This document shows, one piece after another, positions 1 through 11,771 of a stretch of DNA of 49,537 nt. Both the position numbers and the translations under genes were made by a program. Each line of letters starts with the position of its first letter. Position 1 is the stretch's first letter. The DNA comes from Candidatus Binatia bacterium (GTDB lineage: Bacteria; Desulfobacterota; Binatia; UTPRO1), in NCBI GenBank assembly GCA_041485125.1, contig JBGPIT010000002.1, positions 1 through 49,537 of the forward strand. The letters are read 5' to 3'. The notes beneath the pieces are model-generated. The model was not told where the DNA came from. It did no database searches and worked only from the letters and a program-made list of their open reading frames with translations.

Positions 1-981
1 CGGCTTCCGCGCGAAGACCGACAGGATCTCCGAGGCGATGCCCATCGCGGGCAGGATCATGATGTAGACCTCGGGATGGCCGAAGAACCAGAAGAGGTGC
101 TGCCAGAGAAGCGGCTCGCCGCCGCCGGCCGGCAGGAAGAAGCTGGTGCCGGCCATACGATCGAGGAGCAGCATCGCCAATGCCGCGGTGAGGACGGGGA
201 GGGCGAGCAAGAGGAGGATCGCGGTGATGAAGAGCGCCCAGACGACGAGCGGCAGCCGGAAGTAGGTCATTCCCGGCGCGCGCATGTTGATGATGGTCGT
301 GATGTAGTTGATCGATCCCATCAGCGACGAGATGCCCAGCACGATGATGCTGATGCACCAGAGGTTCTGTCCCCAGGTGACGCCGGTGTACTGCGGCACC
401 GCCGCGAGCGGCGCGTACGACGTCCAGCCTCCCGCCGCGGCGCCCCCGGGCACCAGGAAGGCGCTGAGCATGATGACGCCGGCGACCGCCCCGACCCAGA
501 ACGAGAGCATGTTCAACACCGGGAAGGCCATGTCGCCGGCCCCGATCATGAGCGGGATCAGGAAATTACCGTAGCACCCGACCAGGATCGGCATGACCAC
601 GAAGAAGATCATGATCGTCGCGTGCATGGTGAAGGCGGCGTTGTAGAAGGCCGGGTCCATGTGGCCGTCGTACATGTACGGCTCGGGGATCCACTTGGTG
701 AACGGCACCGGCAGATCGCCCGTTGCCGGGTCGCCGAACGCCTTCAGCAGCACGCGGGTCGCGGCGTTCGGGTTGTCGCCGGTCTGGCCCTCGGGCCACG
801 CCAGCTCCCAGCGCATCATCAGTGCGAGCGATCCACCGATGATCATCATGAAGAGCGCCATGAAGAGGAACTGACGGGCGATCATCTTGTGGTCGGTCGA
901 GAAGATGTACGTCCGCACGAAGCCGAGCTCGTGATGCTCGGCGTGGCCATGCCCGTGCGCTGCTGGTGCGTGCACCGTCAT
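1..981 (-). CDS. ctaD: Cytochrome c oxidase subunit I, N-terminal ~327 codons; gene continues past position 1
   Basis: My own minus-strand translation from the ATG at 981. It is absent from the ORF track because there is no stop in the window. It reads [39 protein letters not shown]... and, at the left edge, ...[25 protein letters not shown], the haem-copper oxidase subunit I signature. It lies 43 nt downstream of coxB. Confidence 0.9.
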   Translation of the reverse strand, partial: MTVHAPAAHGHGHAEHHELGFVRTYIFSTDHKMIARQFLFMALFMMIIGGSLALMMRWELAWPEGQTGDNPNAATRVLLKAFGDPATGDLPVPFTKWIPEPYMYDGHMDPAFYNAAFTMHATIMIFFVVMPILVGCYGNFLIPLMIGAGDMAFPVLNMLSFWVGAVAGVIMLSAFLVPGGAAAGGWTSYAPLAAVPQYTGVTWGQNLWCISIIVLGISSLMGSINYITTIINMRAPGMTYFRLPLVVWALFITAILLLLALPVLTAALAMLLLDRMAGTSFFLPAGGGEPLLWQHLFWFFGHPEVYIMILPAMGIASEILSVFARKP

Positions 982-1024
982 TGCATCGTCCTTTTCTCGC
1001 TCTGATCGTTCCGCGCGGTCGGCA

Positions 1025-1684
1025 TCAGGAAGGCCACTGCTCGCGCACCCAGGCGTCGTACTCTTCCTTGGTCTGCACCGTGACGTGACCGAGCATGCCG
1101 GAGTGTCCGAAGCCGCAGAGCTCGGCGCACGGAATCTCGTAGGTGCCGGGCTTGGTCGCCTCGAACCAGACCTCGATGGTGCGACCGGGCACGGCATCCT
1201 GCTTGAGGCGGAACACCGGCACGAAGAAGCTGTGGATGACGTCCTTCGACTTGAGATGGATGCCGATCGGCGTGTTCACCGGGACGTGCAGGTCGTTCTC
1301 GAGCATCTTGTCGTCGGCGGTCTCGTACTGTCCGTCGGGACCGGGATAGAGCATCTCCCAGTTGAACTGCTTGGCGGTGACCTGCACGGTCGTGTTCGTC
1401 TTCGGGCGCAGGATCTTGATGTGGTCCCAGCTCGCCTTGCTCATGAAGCCGAGCAGCACCAGGATCAGCGCCGGCACGATCGTCCAGACGATCTCGAGCG
1501 TGGTGTTGCCGTGCGTGTACGACGCACGCCGCCCGTCGCGATGGCGGTACATGAAGAGGAAAACCAGCATCGTGACCTGGACGAGCACGAAGGTCACCCC
1601 GGTGATGTAGTAGATGAGGTAGAAGAGGCGGTCGACTTCACCGCTGAACGTCGAGAGACTCTCGGGAAGCCACCAGCTCAGCAT
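1025..1684 (-). CDS. coxB: Cytochrome c oxidase subunit II
   Basis: 219 aa ORF with two N-terminal TM helices and the CuA centre motif HSFFVP...[12 protein letters not shown]. It sits directly upstream of subunit I. Confidence 0.9.
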   Translation of the reverse strand: MLSWWLPESLSTFSGEVDRLFYLIYYITGVTFVLVQVTMLVFLFMYRHRDGRRASYTHGNTTLEIVWTIVPALILVLLGFMSKASWDHIKILRPKTNTTVQVTAKQFNWEMLYPGPDGQYETADDKMLENDLHVPVNTPIGIHLKSKDVIHSFFVPVFRLKQDAVPGRTIEVWFEATKPGTYEIPCAELCGFGHSGMLGHVTVQTKEEYDAWVREQWPS

Positions 1685-1967
1685 CGGCGTGCACCCATCC
1701 TTTTCATGGTCGTCGATTCACCGGTGTTCGTGCTCGTGTGCAGCGTGCGTCTTCGGAAGGTCGGGGAAAGCGAGGCGTCCGTGTTCGACCGCATCCGCCG
1801 CCTCCTCAACCGCCTGGATTGCGTTGGTCTCCCTCGGACTTGCTGCGCGTTTCGCGTGAACGCCGTCCTGTACCGAAAATGGTTGCACTCCGCAAGCCGC
1901 TGTTCTCGTTGACGTCTCGTGCAGTCTCGCGTTGACAGCAAGCGCCGCCGTTGTTAGCTCACTCGGC

Positions 1968-2153
1968 ATGGAACGCATGAGCGGTTGGCAGCAATTCCTC
2001 GACATCCTGCTCAAGCCCGACAACATTCCGATCGCCGGCATGTTGATCCTGGTGTTCTTCTTCACCTGGATCGGGCTCAAGCAGGCGCGCCGCAACGATC
2101 AGCTGATCGCCCAAGGCCGCGCCGACGAGATTCTGAAAGAGATGGGCAAGTAG
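1968..2153 (+). CDS. Small hypothetical membrane protein (about 61 aa, one TM helix)
   Basis: The track ORF 1932..2153 starts at TTG; the first ATGs are at 1968 and 1977. Sequence: MERMSGWQQFLDILLKPDNIPIAGMLILVFFFTWIGLKQARRNDQLIAQGRADEILKEMGK. Balanced composition, a hydrophobic core, and GC-rich third codon positions. No family recognised. Confidence 0.4.
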   Translation: MERMSGWQQFLDILLKPDNIPIAGMLILVFFFTWIGLKQARRNDQLIAQGRADEILKEMGK

Positions 2154-2174
2154 TCGCGCGCGGCGGGCGTGATC

Positions 2175-3047
2175 TCACAGCACCTTGTTCAACGAGTACT
2201 CGATGATTCCTACCGCGCCTGCCTTGATGAGCTGTGGGATGAGCTCGCGGACGATGCTCTCGGCGATGATGCTCTCGACCGAGAACCAATCCTTGCCGTA
2301 GAGGTTCGAGATCGTCGGCGCGGTGATGCTCGGCAGCATCGCGACGATCGCCTCGAGCCTGTCCTTCGGCACGTTGAGCTTGATCCCGACCTGCGTCTCC
2401 GCCTGCAGCGCGCCGAGCAGCAGGAGCCCGATCTGCTCGATCTTGTCACGCTTCCACGGATCGGCGAGCGCGACATGATTCGCGATCAGCTGCGGGTTCG
2501 ATTGGAAAAGCTCGCACACGATGCGGAGCCCGTTGGCGCGGAGCGTGCTGCCGGTCTCGGTCACCTCGACGATCGCGTCGACGAGACCCTCGGCCGCCTT
2601 CGCCTCGGTCGCACCCCACGAGAACTCCACGTCGACCGGCACCTCGAGGTCGGCGAAGTAGCGCCGCGTATAGTTGACGAGCTCGGTCGCGATGCGCTTG
2701 CCGCGCAGGTCCTCCGGCTTCTGGACCGGTGACGCCTCGGGGACGACCAGCACCCAGCGCGTCGGCCGCAACGTCGCCTTCGAGTAGACGAGATCGCGAA
2801 TGACGGCGACGTCGGCGCCGTTCTCGAGGATCCAATCGCGACCGGTGATGCCGGCGTCGAGCGTTCCGGCCTCCACGTAGCGCGCCATCTCCTGCGCGCG
2901 GATCAGGTTGCAGCGCAGGGCCGGATCGTCGACGTCGGGAAAGTAGCTGCGCCCGCCGCCGGAGATCCGCCAGCCCGACTTGCGGAAGAGCTCGACGGTC
3001 GCGTCCTCGAGACTCCCTTTCGGAATCCCGAGCCTGAGCACGCTCAT
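2175..3047 (-). CDS. hisG: ATP phosphoribosyltransferase, long form
   Basis: [26 protein letters not shown]... with a C-terminal regulatory domain, about 290 aa. I placed the start at the internal ATG 3047, which makes an ATGA overlap with the hisI stop. The Arg-rich 19 aa upstream in the track ORF looks non-coding. Confidence 0.88.
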   Translation of the reverse strand: MSVLRLGIPKGSLEDATVELFRKSGWRISGGGRSYFPDVDDPALRCNLIRAQEMARYVEAGTLDAGITGRDWILENGADVAVIRDLVYSKATLRPTRWVLVVPEASPVQKPEDLRGKRIATELVNYTRRYFADLEVPVDVEFSWGATEAKAAEGLVDAIVEVTETGSTLRANGLRIVCELFQSNPQLIANHVALADPWKRDKIEQIGLLLLGALQAETQVGIKLNVPKDRLEAIVAMLPSITAPTISNLYGKDWFSVESIIAESIVRELIPQLIKAGAVGIIEYSLNKVL

Positions 3048-3427
3048 GCGCGGCGGCCGTACACGGCCGCGGGATCGACGACGCGCTCCTCGACGACGTC
3101 CCACGCGTCACCGTCGCGCTTGCGGAAGAAGCAGCTGCGATAGCCCTCGTGGCAGGCGGCACCATGCTGACGAACCTTGAGTAGAATAGTGTCGCCGTCG
3201 CAGTCGACGTGGATGGCGCGTACCTCTTGCTTGTGGCCGGAGGTCTCGCCCTTCACCCAGAAGTCGCGACGGGATCGGCTCCAGTAGCAGGCGAAGCCGG
3301 TCGCGACGGTGCGCTCGTACGCCTCACGGTTCATGTACGCGAGCATCAGGACGCTGCCCGACGCATCGTCCTGCACGATGACGGGCACCAGCCCGTCACC
3401 TTTCGCAAAATCGATCACTTCCGACAT
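3044..3427 (-). CDS. hisI: Phosphoribosyl-AMP cyclohydrolase (monofunctional HisI)
   Basis: 127 aa: ...[56 protein letters not shown]...[19 protein letters not shown]. No HisE domain is fused. Confidence 0.9.
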   Translation of the reverse strand: MSEVIDFAKGDGLVPVIVQDDASGSVLMLAYMNREAYERTVATGFACYWSRSRRDFWVKGETSGHKQEVRAIHVDCDGDTILLKVRQHGAACHEGYRSCFFRKRDGDAWDVVEERVVDPAAVYGRRA

Positions 3428-3663
3428 GTCGGCTCAGTAACATAGGCCTCGGAACCCGGCAAATTACGCGCCACCCGCGCGCACGCTGCTGTGGTTGCGG
3501 GCGCGCTGCGCTTGCGCCTATACGCGGGCATGCGGAGCCGGCGGACCGAAGTCGTGGTGATGCGGCGATCGCGCGCCTGCGCTCGACCCGTCCCTCACAG
3601 TCGCCGTGTCGCGCGGCGCGGAGGCCGGCTCGCGACGCCTGCCGCGCTTGTCGGAGCGCACGC

Positions 3664-4713
3664 GTGAAGCTCCGCGATCTCGCCGCGCGCCTCGACTGCG
3701 ACCTCGCCGGCGACGGCGACCTCGAGATCGAGCGCGTGCGATCGCTCGAGGACGCCGGCCCGGGCGATCTGACCTTCCTCACCAATCCGCGCTATGCGGC
3801 GCAGCTCGGGGAGACCAAGGCGTCGGCGATCATCCTGCCATCCGACGCGCCGGCGGTGCCGCTCGCGAGCCTGCGGTCGCGGAATCCCTACTTGACGTTC
3901 GCGCGCGCGCTCGGCGTCTTTCACCGGCCACGCCTTCCGACGCCGGGCATCCATGCCACCGCGGTGGTCGCGCCGACCGCGTCGATCGGCGAGGGTGCCT
4001 CGATCGGCCCGTACGTCGTCGTCGGCGACGACGTCGCGATCGGCCCGCGTGCGACGATCTTTCCGCATGCCGTCATCTATCCCGGCGCGCGCATCGGCGC
4101 CGACTTCGTCGCGCACGCGGGCGTGGTGGTGCGCGAGGACGTCGTCATCGGCGATCGGGTGCTGCTGCACGCCGGTGTCGTCCTCGGTGCCGACGGCTTC
4201 GGCTTCGTGCCACTTCCCGATGCCCCGTTCAAGATTCCGCAGACCGGCACCGTGGTGATCGAGGACGACGTCGAGATCGGCGCGAACACCACGATCGACC
4301 GCGCTACGCTCGGTGCGACGATCGTGCGGCGCGGGGCCAAGCTCGATAATCTGGTGATGGTTGGTCACAACTGCGAGATCGGCGAGGCGAGCTTCCTCGC
4401 GGCGCAGGCGGGCCTCGCCGGGTCGACCAAGCTCGGACGCAACGTGATGATGGGAGGGCAGGCCGGAGCGGCCGGTCACCTCACGATCGGCGACCGGGCG
4501 CAGATCGTCGCGCAGAGCGGCGTGCCGAGCTCGGTCGCCGCCGGCGCGATCGTCGGCGGCTATCCAGCACTCGACGTGACACGCTGGCGTCGGATAAGCG
4601 CCGCGCTCTTGCGCTTGCCGGAGCTGCTGCGCCGCGTGCGCAGGCTGGAGCGCACGGTCGGAATTGCGCCGCCAACGCGCGCCGATGGGCGCGACGAGCC
4701 TCCCAAGCGCTGA
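3664..4713 (+). CDS. lpxD: UDP-3-O-acylglucosamine N-acyltransferase
   Basis: 349 aa with a GTG start. It has the LpxD N-terminal domain (MKLRDLAARLDCDLAGDGDLEIERVRSLEDAGPGDLTFLTNPRY) followed by long left-handed beta-helix hexapeptide repeats. Confidence 0.88.
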   Translation: MKLRDLAARLDCDLAGDGDLEIERVRSLEDAGPGDLTFLTNPRYAAQLGETKASAIILPSDAPAVPLASLRSRNPYLTFARALGVFHRPRLPTPGIHATAVVAPTASIGEGASIGPYVVVGDDVAIGPRATIFPHAVIYPGARIGADFVAHAGVVVREDVVIGDRVLLHAGVVLGADGFGFVPLPDAPFKIPQTGTVVIEDDVEIGANTTIDRATLGATIVRRGAKLDNLVMVGHNCEIGEASFLAAQAGLAGSTKLGRNVMMGGQAGAAGHLTIGDRAQIVAQSGVPSSVAAGAIVGGYPALDVTRWRRISAALLRLPELLRRVRRLERTVGIAPPTRADGRDEPPKR

Positions 4714-4780
4714 CCCTCGCTTGTGCTCTCCGGAGAGGCACGTATAAGGAAGGGGCGGTCCCCCACCGTCGGCACCTCTG

Positions 4781-5317
4781 ATGAAGATTCCGCTGCAAGA
4801 CATTCTCGCCGTCCCCACGGCGCTCGACTATCCGCAACCCGTGCAAGAGCTGAACGCGACCCTGCACAAGAGCGGTACGCAGGACTACGAGTTCAATCGG
4901 CCGCTCGAGGTGCACGTCGAGTTTTATCGTGCGCAGCTCGATCTTTTCTTCGATGGGACGCTGCGCGGTACCGCGTCGGCCACCTGTGCCCGCTGTCTGG
5001 AGCCGCTGCCCTACGAGCTCGACACGGACTTCTCGATCATCCTCACACCCGAGACGCGCCTGAAAGGCGAGATCGAGCTCGCGGCCGGCGATCTGACGCA
5101 GTCCTTTTATAGCGGCACCGAGGTAGATTTGACGCCGCTCGTCTACGAGCAGGTCCTGCTCGCCTTGCCGACGCGCCCACTCTGTGCTGAAGAATGCCGC
5201 GGCCTCTGTCCTCAGTGTGGAGCGAATCTCAACACCGGGCAGTGCGCCTGCACCACCGACAGCGGGGATCCGCGTCTGGCGGTGCTCCGATCGTTGAAGA
5301 TCGACCGCGGCAGCTGA
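4781..5317 (+). CDS. yceD: YceD/DUF177 family protein (23S rRNA accumulation protein)
   Basis: 178 aa with Cys clusters CARCLEPL...CAEECRGLCPQCGANLNTGQCAC. It holds the conserved position immediately upstream of rpmF. Confidence 0.8.
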   Translation: MKIPLQDILAVPTALDYPQPVQELNATLHKSGTQDYEFNRPLEVHVEFYRAQLDLFFDGTLRGTASATCARCLEPLPYELDTDFSIILTPETRLKGEIELAAGDLTQSFYSGTEVDLTPLVYEQVLLALPTRPLCAEECRGLCPQCGANLNTGQCACTTDSGDPRLAVLRSLKIDRGS

Positions 5318-5336
5318 GCGCGGACGAGGAGGACCA

Positions 5337-5519
5337 ATGCCAGTTCCGAAACGCCGTACATCGAGCACCAAGCGCGACAAGCGCCGCGCCCACGACGCGC
5401 TGACCCCCGTCAGCTACATCACGTGTCCCAATTGCCAAGAGCCGATGCGCCGTCACCGCGCCTGTGCCCACTGCGGCGAGTACCGCGGCCGGAAAGTTCT
5501 CGACGTCGGCGAGGCCTGA
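5337..5519 (+). CDS. rpmF: 50S ribosomal protein L32
   Basis: 60 aa: MPVPKRRTSSTKRDKRRAHDAL...CPNCQEPMRRHRACAHCGEYRGRKV. Confidence 0.93.
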   Translation: MPVPKRRTSSTKRDKRRAHDALTPVSYITCPNCQEPMRRHRACAHCGEYRGRKVLDVGEA

Positions 5520-5613
5520 GCCTCCGCGCGCCGCGTTCGACTCGCCCGGCCACTGTCCGGGTGCGGGGCGCCTGCGCTCCGACGCGGCTCGCGCCCGCGG
5601 CTCGCGCGATCGG

Positions 5614-6567
5614 ATGCAACCTCCGCCAACCGCTCTGCTGTTCCCGGGTCAGGGCTCGCAGTGTGTCGGCATGGGCCGGCGCCTCGCCGCCGACCACGCC
5701 GTCGCGCGCGCGACCTTCGAGGAGGCCGACGACGCGCTTGGGCAACCGCTGACGCGTCTCTGCTTCGAAGGTCCCGACGCGGAGCTGATCCGCACCGAGA
5801 ACGCGCAGCCGGCGATCCTCGCGATCAGCATCGCGACCTGGCGTGCGCTCGCGAGCGAGGTCGAGATCGCGCCGTCATGGCTCGCGGGGCACAGCCTCGG
5901 CGAGTACAGCGCGCTCGTGGTCGCCGGCGCGCTGCCATTCGCCGACGCCTTGCGGCTGGTGCATGCGCGCGGGCGCCTGATGCAACAGGCCGTGCCGCAG
6001 GGGCGCGGCGCGATGGCCGCGATCTTCGGTCTCGCCGCCGAGGCGGTCGAGCAAGCCTGCGCCGAGGCCGCCGACGGTGAGGTCGTCGCGCCCGCGAACC
6101 TGAACGGCGCCGGCCAGATCGTGATCGCGGGCGAGGGCACCGCCGTCCGTCGCGCGATCGAGCTCGCCACGCGCGCCGGCGGTCGCGCGATCGAGCTCGC
6201 GGTGAGCGCACCGTTCCACTGTGCGCTGATGGCGCCCGCCGCGGAGGGCCTTGCGCGCGCGCTCGCCGCCGTCCGCCTCGACACGATGCGCCTCCCCGTG
6301 GTCACCAACGTCGAGGCGACGCTCAACCAAGACGCGGATCGCGTCGCCGCGCTCTTGGTCCGGCAAGTCACGGCTCCCGTGCGTTGGGAAGCGTCGATGC
6401 AGCTACTGCAGCGCCTCGGCTGCGCGCGTGCGATCGAGATCGGACCGGGGCAGGTGTTGACCAAGCTGTTGCAGCGCATGCGTCTCGGCATCGACGCGGC
6501 CACCGCCGGCGAAGGGCCGGCAGCGGAGTGGCGCCAGCGCCTCGAGCCGGCGCGGGCGCTCGCATGA
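5614..6567 (+). CDS. fabD: Malonyl CoA-ACP transacylase
   Basis: The internal ATG at 5614 gives MQPPPTALLFPGQGSQCVGMG... with the active-site motif AGHSLGEYSALV. The upstream part of the track ORF overlaps rpmF out of frame and looks non-coding. Confidence 0.9.
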   Translation: MQPPPTALLFPGQGSQCVGMGRRLAADHAVARATFEEADDALGQPLTRLCFEGPDAELIRTENAQPAILAISIATWRALASEVEIAPSWLAGHSLGEYSALVVAGALPFADALRLVHARGRLMQQAVPQGRGAMAAIFGLAAEAVEQACAEAADGEVVAPANLNGAGQIVIAGEGTAVRRAIELATRAGGRAIELAVSAPFHCALMAPAAEGLARALAAVRLDTMRLPVVTNVEATLNQDADRVAALLVRQVTAPVRWEASMQLLQRLGCARAIEIGPGQVLTKLLQRMRLGIDAATAGEGPAAEWRQRLEPARALA

Positions 6568-6628
6568 GCACCGTCGTGGTCACGGCGGACGCGCGCCGCG
6601 CGTCAGCTGCGGCGAGGGCGTGGCGGCG

Positions 6629-7378
6629 ATGAGCGAGACGCTCGCGGGGCAGGTCGCGATCGTGACCGGCGGGTCGCGCGGTATCGGCGCGGCGATTGCG
6701 CGCGTCCTCGCGACCGCCGGCGCGCACGTCGTGGTGAACTACCGCGCGCAGCGCGAAGCCGCCGAGCAGGTGGTCGGCGAGATCACGGCGCGCGGCGGCC
6801 ACGCCGAAGCGCTCGCGTTCGACGTCGCCGATGGCGAGCAGGTCGACGCCGCCGTGCGCGGCGTCGGCGAACGCCTTGGCAAAATCGACGTGCTGGTCAA
6901 TAATGCCGGCGTTTCGGCGGATGCGCTGATCCTCCGAACGAGCGATCAAGACTGGAACCGCATCGTCGACGTCAACCTCAAGGGGGTCTTCAACTGCACC
7001 AAAGCCGTCGCGCGGCGCATGATGCGCGCGCGCTCGGGACGGATCATCAACATCGGCTCCGTCGTCGGCGTGATGGGCAATACCGGCCAAGCGGCTTACG
7101 CAGCAGCCAAGGCGGGGATCATCGGTTTCACCAAGTCGACGGCACGTGAGTTCGCGAGCCGCGGCATCACCGCCAACGTCGTCGCGCCCGGATTCATCGA
7201 AACCGACATGACCGGAAGCCTGGACCCCGCGGCGCGCAACATGTACTTGGCGTTGATCCCGCTGGGGAGGCTCGGCACGGCCGAGGACGTCGCGGCAGCG
7301 GTCGCATTTCTCGCCGGCGCGGGTGGGGCGTACATCACCGGCCAGGTCATTCACGTCAACGGCGGATTGTACGCGTGA
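6629..7378 (+). CDS. fabG: 3-oxoacyl-ACP reductase
   Basis: MSETLAGQVAIVTGGSRGIGAAIA... (SDR TGxxxGxG), NNAG, and the YAAAKAG catalytic Tyr/Lys. It lies between fabD and acpP. Confidence 0.9.
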   Translation: MSETLAGQVAIVTGGSRGIGAAIARVLATAGAHVVVNYRAQREAAEQVVGEITARGGHAEALAFDVADGEQVDAAVRGVGERLGKIDVLVNNAGVSADALILRTSDQDWNRIVDVNLKGVFNCTKAVARRMMRARSGRIINIGSVVGVMGNTGQAAYAAAKAGIIGFTKSTAREFASRGITANVVAPGFIETDMTGSLDPAARNMYLALIPLGRLGTAEDVAAAVAFLAGAGGAYITGQVIHVNGGLYA

Positions 7379-7387
7379 GGAGGGAGC

Positions 7388-7624
7388 ATGGCGTCTCCGG
7401 TTGAGACGAAAGTACGCGAGATCATCTGTGAGCAGCTCGGCGTCAGCGAGGACGAGGTGACCCCCGAGGCGTCGTTCATCGAGGATCTCGGCGCCGACTC
7501 GCTCGACATCGTCGAGCTCGTGATGGCGCTCGAAGAAGAGTACGAGATGGAGATCTCCGACGAGGACGCGGAGAAGATTCGCACCGTCCAGGACGTCGTC
7601 AACTACATCGAGCAGCACAAATAG
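7388..7624 (+). CDS. acpP: Acyl carrier protein
   Basis: 78 aa with the phosphopantetheine site [19 protein letters not shown]. Confidence 0.95.
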   Translation: MASPVETKVREIICEQLGVSEDEVTPEASFIEDLGADSLDIVELVMALEEEYEMEISDEDAEKIRTVQDVVNYIEQHK

Positions 7625-7646
7625 GCGCGACCCGCACCGACGAGCC

Positions 7647-8887
<1,241 letters not shown>

Positions 8888-8891
<4 letters not shown>

Positions 8892-9379
8892 AGTGCCCGT
8901 TCTGCCGGGACCTCGAGAACAAGGTCATCGACTCGCGCCTCTCCAAAGAGGGCGACGTCATCCGGCGGCGGCGCGAGTGCTTGCACTGTAGCCGTCGCTT
9001 CACCACCTACGAGCGCGCCGAAGAGGCGCTGCCGCTGGTGGTGAAGAAGGACGACCGGCGCGAGGTCTTCGACCGCATGAAGATCGTCGCCGGCCTGAAG
9101 CGCGCCTGCGAGAAGCGGCCGGTGAGCGTCGAGCAGATCGAGGCGATCGTCGACCGCATCGAGCGCGGCGTGCAGGAGCGCGGCGAGAAAGAGGTCGAGA
9201 GCACCGTCATCGGCGAAGCCGTCATGCGCGAGCTCCACGGTCTCGACAAGGTCGCCTACGTCCGCTTCGCCTCGGTGTACCGCTCCTTCCAGGACATCGG
9301 CGAGTTCATGTCGGAGCTCGAGACCCTGATCAAAGAGCGTCGCTCGGCGCCGGTGCCGCGGCCACGCCGCCCGCGCTGA
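8888..9379 (+). CDS. nrdR: Transcriptional repressor NrdR
   Basis: GTG start overlapping the glyA stop. [42 protein letters not shown] is a zinc ribbon, followed by an ATP-cone. Confidence 0.92.
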
Positions 9380-9389
9380 GCGGCGCGCG

Positions 9390-10520
9390 ATGCCCGCAAG
9401 CCGACGCGTCCCCGTCCGTCAGAACGGCAGCGCCGCCGACCAGCGCTGGATGCGTCGCGCGATCGCACTGGCGCGCCGCGGTCTCGGGCGCACCAGCCCG
9501 AACCCTCCGGTCGGCGCGGTCGTGGTGAAGGGCGGCCGCGTCGTCGGCGCGGGTTGGCATCGCCGCGCCGGCGGACCGCACGCCGAGGTGTTCGCGCTCC
9601 GCGCCGCCGGCGCCAAGGCACGCGGCGCGACGCTCTATCTCACGCTCGAGCCCTGCACCCACGCCGGACGCACGCCGCCGTGCGCGCCGGCGGTGATCGC
9701 GTCCGGCGTCGTGCGCGTCGTCGTCGGGGCGACCGATCCGAACCCACGCGTCCGCGGCCGCGGCGTGCGCCAGCTCCGCGCCGCCGGCATCGCCGTCACG
9801 ACCGACGTGCTCGCCGCCGAGGCCACCGAGGTCGCGGCCTGGTTCCGCCACTTCATCGTGCGGCACCGGCCGTTCGTCATGCTGAAGCTCGCCGCCTCGC
9901 TCGACGGCCGGATCGCCACCGCGTCCGGCGAGTCGCGCTGGTTGAGCGGGCCCGCGGCACGACGCTGGGTCCATCGCCTTCGCAACCACGTCGACGCGGT
10001 CATGGTCGGGGCAGGGACGGTCCTCGCCGACGACCCGGCGCTCACGTCTCGCGGGCGCGGCGGCCGCGATCCGGTGCGCGTCATCGTCGACGGGGCGCTG
10101 CGAATATCGCCCCGTGCGAAGGTCGTTCGGCAACGCTCCGCGGCGCCGACGTTGATCGCGACGACGACGACCGCACCCGCCGCGCGTGCGCGCGCCCTCG
10201 AACGCGCCGGCGCCGAGCTCTTGCGCTTTCCCGGTCGCGGCGGCCGCATCCGGATCGTGTCACTCCTCGACGCACTGGCGGCGCGCGGGATCACCAGCGT
10301 CCTCATCGAGGGCGGCGGCGATCTCGCGGCGGCGGCGCTTCGCGAGCGCGCCGTCGACCGCCTGCTGCTGATCGCAACGCCGCGGCTCCTCGGCAGCGAC
10401 GGGCGGCCGATGCTCGGTCCGCTCCGGGTCGGGCGGCTGGCGGCCGCGCCGCGCTTTCGCGCGGGCGAGGTCCGCCGCCTCGGCGCCGATCTCTTGCTCG
10501 AGGGCGCGGTGCAATACTAA
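9390..10520 (+). CDS. ribD: Bifunctional riboflavin biosynthesis deaminase/reductase
   Basis: 376 aa with the CMP/dCMP deaminase motifs HAEVFAL...TLEPCTHAGRTPPC, followed by a RibD C-terminal reductase domain. Confidence 0.9.
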   Translation: MPASRRVPVRQNGSAADQRWMRRAIALARRGLGRTSPNPPVGAVVVKGGRVVGAGWHRRAGGPHAEVFALRAAGAKARGATLYLTLEPCTHAGRTPPCAPAVIASGVVRVVVGATDPNPRVRGRGVRQLRAAGIAVTTDVLAAEATEVAAWFRHFIVRHRPFVMLKLAASLDGRIATASGESRWLSGPAARRWVHRLRNHVDAVMVGAGTVLADDPALTSRGRGGRDPVRVIVDGALRISPRAKVVRQRSAAPTLIATTTTAPAARARALERAGAELLRFPGRGGRIRIVSLLDALAARGITSVLIEGGGDLAAAALRERAVDRLLLIATPRLLGSDGRPMLGPLRVGRLAAAPRFRAGEVRRLGADLLLEGAVQY

Positions 10521-10535
10521 GGGGGAGGGGCTATA

Positions 10536-11759
10536 GTGCCCGCGACTCCGATGCTTTCCCCCATCGACGAGATTCTGCCCGACATCCGCGCCGGCAAGAT
10601 GCTGGTGCTGGTCGACGAGGCCGACGGCGGCAGCGGCGTCCTCTGCCTTGCCGCCGAGCGGGTGACGACCGAGGCAATCAGCTTCATGGCCGTGCACGCG
10701 CGCGGACTGGTGTGCGTCGCCCTCACCGAGCGCCGCATGCGGCACCTCGGGATTCCCTTGCTCGCCAACCCCTCACCGGCGCGGCAGCCGGCGTTCGGCG
10801 CGTCGATCGAGGCCTACCGCGGCGTGACCACCGGCATCTCGGCTGCCGATCGCGCCCGCACCATCCGCGTCACGGTCGCCGACGGCGCGGGCCCCGGCGA
10901 TCTGGTGATGCCAGGCCACGTCTTCCCGATCCAGGTACAGCACGGCGGTGTTCTGGCGCGCATGCGCGGCCCCGAAGGCGGCGTCGATCTGATGCGCCTC
11001 GCCGGCTTGCGGCCGGCCGCGGTGATCTGCTCGGTGCTCGCGGAGACCGGTGCGGTCGCGACGCTCGCCGAGCTCGAAGCCTTGGCGCGCGAGCACCAGC
11101 TCAGGATGACCACGCTCGCGAGCCTCGCCGCCCATCGCCTGCGGAGCGAGCTCCTCGTCGAGCGCACCGTCGAGTCCGACTTCACCAGCGCGACCGGCGG
11201 CAACTACCGCGCGATCGTCTACCGCAACAGCGTCGATCGCCATCAGCACATGGCGCTCGTGAAGGGCACGCCGAAGCCGACCGATCCGGTCCTGGTGCGG
11301 GTGCACTCGCAGTGCCTCACCGGCGACGTCTTCGGCTCGGAGCGCTGCGACTGCGGCGAGCAGCTGCGCCAGGCGATGCTCGTCATCGAGGCGCTCGGCG
11401 CCGGCGTGATCGTCTACATGCATCAAGAAGGGCGCGGCATCGGCCTCGCCAACAAGATCCGCGCCTATGCGCTGCAAGACCAAGGGCGCGACACGGTCGA
11501 GGCGAACCTCGAGCTCGGCTTCAAGGAGGATCTCCGCGACTACGGCATCGCGGCGCAGATCATCCGCGACCTCGGGCTGCGGCGCATCCGCCTCCTCACC
11601 AACAACCCGCGCAAGGTGCTCGGGCTGCAGGGCTACGGCATCGACATCGCCGAGCGCGTGCCGCTCGAGGTGCCGGCGCGCAGCGGCAACATCGCCTATC
11701 TCCGCACCAAGCAGGAGAAGCTCGGGCATCTGTTCACCGGGCTCAAGGTGAGCAGCTAG
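10536..11759 (+). CDS. ribBA: Bifunctional 3,4-dihydroxy-2-butanone-4-phosphate synthase / GTP cyclohydrolase II
   Basis: 407 aa. The DHBP synthase half is followed by VRVHSQCLTGDVFGSERCDCGEQL (the GCH-II zinc motif). The start is GTG 10536, or possibly ATG 10551. Confidence 0.9.
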   Translation: MPATPMLSPIDEILPDIRAGKMLVLVDEADGGSGVLCLAAERVTTEAISFMAVHARGLVCVALTERRMRHLGIPLLANPSPARQPAFGASIEAYRGVTTGISAADRARTIRVTVADGAGPGDLVMPGHVFPIQVQHGGVLARMRGPEGGVDLMRLAGLRPAAVICSVLAETGAVATLAELEALAREHQLRMTTLASLAAHRLRSELLVERTVESDFTSATGGNYRAIVYRNSVDRHQHMALVKGTPKPTDPVLVRVHSQCLTGDVFGSERCDCGEQLRQAMLVIEALGAGVIVYMHQEGRGIGLANKIRAYALQDQGRDTVEANLELGFKEDLRDYGIAAQIIRDLGLRRIRLLTNNPRKVLGLQGYGIDIAERVPLEVPARSGNIAYLRTKQEKLGHLFTGLKVSS

Positions 11760-11771
11760 CCGGGGCTGGTC

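Noticed and set aside
76-1005. 309 aa plus-strand ORF (Glu/Arg/Asp/His-rich)
   Set aside because: It is antisense to an unmistakable cytochrome c oxidase subunit I reading frame. The low-complexity charged composition is typical of a shadow frame in GC-rich DNA.
3595-4818. 407 aa minus-strand ORF
   Set aside because: It is antisense to lpxD, whose hexapeptide repeats are plain in the plus frame.
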